A stretch of DNA of 58,191 bases, the filler included, from Streblomastix strix (lineage: Eukaryota), in assembly GCA_008636045.1 (NCBI GenBank). It is 2 parts of 2 records of this genome, joined end to end, with 100 filler letters (N's around TTAATTAATTAA, not from the genome) between each part and the next. Parts side by side here need not be neighbours in the genome. Positions count along the whole stretch, not along the records: positions 29,157 to 58,191 come from SNRW01000110.1; 1 more part is not named here. The stretch is one strand, 5' to 3'. Each line of letters starts with the position of its first letter. The first letter of the stretch is position 1. The notes below the pieces were generated by a model. It was not told the origin of the DNA, made no database searches, and was given only the letters and a program-made list of their open reading frames with translations. This document shows, piece after piece, positions 56,015 to 58,191 of this stretch. Position numbers and translations under genes: made by a program.

Positions 56015-57913
56015 TCATTGTTTATTGCGCTCGTCTAAAAGCTCAATCGCAAGGCCTAGGATATATTCACTGAACTCTTCCTACTACTCTATTTCCTATT
56101 CACTTAACTACTTCCTAATTTCTGACAATGCCCATTGTAAATCTTCATCTGGATATCCTGTTTCGTTCTTATGTATCTGCTATATGCTGCTTGGTTAATC
56201 AATAACTTTGTCCATTTATGATGGTTTTTACTTTTCCAACTATTCAATATTTGTATTTCTCTCTTTTTCTCTATAAATATCTCTATCTTTTTCCAACCTT
56301 TATTATATTTCAATATTATTCTTTTCTTTATCATTATATTTATTAATCCCTTTATCCTGATATTTTTCAATATCCTTTTCTTTTACTAATTAACGTTCTT
56401 TTATATTACTGGTTTTTTCTTTCTCTTTATAAATTTCGTTCCTTTTCTCTGGTTTCGTCCATTTATTAATATTATTATAATAATTCCTATTATCAACACT
56501 TTAATTTATCTTTTACTGAGAATTCTTCTTATTATTCTCACTCTGTTTCCTCCACCTTTCTCTTTCTTCATTTTCTCTCTATCTTTCTTTCAATGCTTAT
56601 TATTTCTCTAATTCCATCAATTACTATTTCATCTATCTTTCATTCCCTCTTTATTTATCTCTTTATCTTTCTCTTTCTCTATCTCTTTCTTTGTCTCTCT
56701 ATTCCCTGGCTATTTATTCTAATTCTTTTTATAGCTTTCGCTATAGTCTTTCTCTTTCTCTTTATTGCTCTTCTTCTTATATTTAATCCATCAGACTTTT
56801 TGGCTTATTCTGTTTTATATTCTAATCTTTTCCCTTTTATTTCATATTTTATTTATTTTTCCAATCTTTTCCACCTTATTAATATTATTTATCCCTTCCT
56901 CTGTTATTTTAAAACTGATGATATCCTTGTCTTTCATTCATTATCATGTTTACATCTTTTGTCTCTTTCTTTATTTCTCTATCTCTTTCATAGTAATATT
57001 CCTTTTCCCTCATTTATTCTCTTTCCATTTATTATTTTCTCTCTTTCTACATTTCCATATTCCAAATATCATCCAATTCTTTTTAGCTTCTTTTCTCTTT
57101 AACAATTTCTTTCTTATTTTCTTCTTCTTTCTTTTTATTAATCTCTTTCATCTTTTCTTTCTCTTTATCTTATTGTCTTTATTTTTCTCTTTTCTTTTCT
57201 TCTTCTCTTTCTCTTTCTTTCTATTTCTTATTCCTATTCACATTAATTTATTCATCTGAATCACTATCAAGATTTATTATATTTCTATGATGAACACGTT
57301 AAGTTGATGAAGAAGACGAATATGATGATGAATATGAAGAAAATTATTATGAGGATGATGAAGATTCAGTTTCTTCTTATTTATTTTTATTTCTATTATT
57401 CTTCTCTTTTTCTTATTTATTTTAATTTGATATAAGTAATGCATTGGAATAAGTTTAAGGAATTTGAATTACTTTGTCTAAATATTAGTCTTATTTCTTT
57501 TGATTTAAATTTTATGTTATAGTAAATTCATTTTTGTTTTATTATTATATATTTTAGTTTGAATCTTTGATCTATGCTTAATCAATTAAACGTAAAGTCC
57601 AAGAGTAAACATCATCATTTTCTTTATCCATTTCTTTTTTATTATTTATTCTTCTTCGAACTTCTTATTTTTATTTAACTTCAGAATTAAGATGAAGTGA
57701 ATAACCTTTTTGTGATGAAGATTAAGATTATTATTAAATTTGTGTTGGTTCAGTGAATCTTTATTATTTATTATTTTTATCCATTGAATATTATGTTAAT
57801 TCACGATCAGTATGTGAGTGGATTAATTATTTCTAATGCTTTTATTTGTTATGATTATTATCTGAATATGAATAGGAATGTGAAATATTATTATAATTGA
57901 TAGAGTTTGATGA
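56015..57913 (-). CDS. Low-complexity protein, mirror copy
   Basis: Reverse complement of 29435-31333. Confidence 0.58.
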
Positions 57914-58191
57914 ATAAGAAGAGGAAAATATTGAGAAAGAAATGGAATTAGACTTACAAAATAAAGGATAAACAGATGACGAGATGAAGAATAAATAAAT
58001 ATTTGTAGTTTCTGATGATGATGAATATGAAACAGATAATTAATAATAATAAATGAATATGATGAATGCTAATTAAAAGAAAAAGAAAAAGAAATTAATG
58101 AAGATGCAATCATTAATAAAGAAGAAATAAATGGAGTTAGAAAAAGAAAAGAAAGTTTTGAGTGAAGTTGAATTATCCTCAAATCATTCTG

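Larger units (their letters stand above)
43854..58191 (-). repeat. Right arm of 14,338-bp inverted repeat
   Basis: Mirror of 29157-43494. No differences seen in ORF translations or spot checks. Confidence 0.98.

Noticed and set aside
29157..58191. Arms as terminal inverted repeats of a transposon, Polinton or linear virus
   Set aside because: They contain only intron-bearing cellular genes. No transposase, integrase, polymerase or capsid was seen, and the loop includes part of DCAF12.

Overview
This is AT-rich eukaryotic nuclear DNA in a non-standard code: TAA/TAG are read as Gln and TGA is the only stop. It has many short GT-AG introns, so the supplied standard-code ORF track is mostly fragments or antisense noise. 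The code, intron style and an NEK-like kinase with a SPRY-like tail point to an oxymonad such as Streblomastix; that is an inference and no search was run. The window is two sequences joined by an artificial 100-nt linker (N44-TTAATTAATTAA-N44, 29057-29156). Contig A (1-29056) holds the 3' part of NEMF/Rqc2, a ~4,500-aa UBR1/2/3-family E3 ligase, SRP receptor alpha, an OTU deubiquitinase with UIM-like motifs, a TEY MAP kinase and a polyQ/TSNAXIP1_N-like protein. Contig B (29157-58191) is one inverted repeat: two 14,338-bp arms (x maps to 87348-x) around a 359-bp loop. Each arm carries a low-complexity protein, the kinase, nicotinamidase, a B-box/UPF0652 protein, VID27, a PHO80-type cyclin and the 3' end of a DCAF12-like gene. 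The palindrome looks like a fold-back amplification or assembly artefact. The best biological leads are the UBR ligase (no visible UBR box, RING split by ~1,060 aa), splice-acceptor-like AGs just upstream of most start codons, and candidate 3'-UTR introns right after stop codons. I recognised no RNA gene, CRISPR array or transposon. All translations were done by eye and family matches are from memory.
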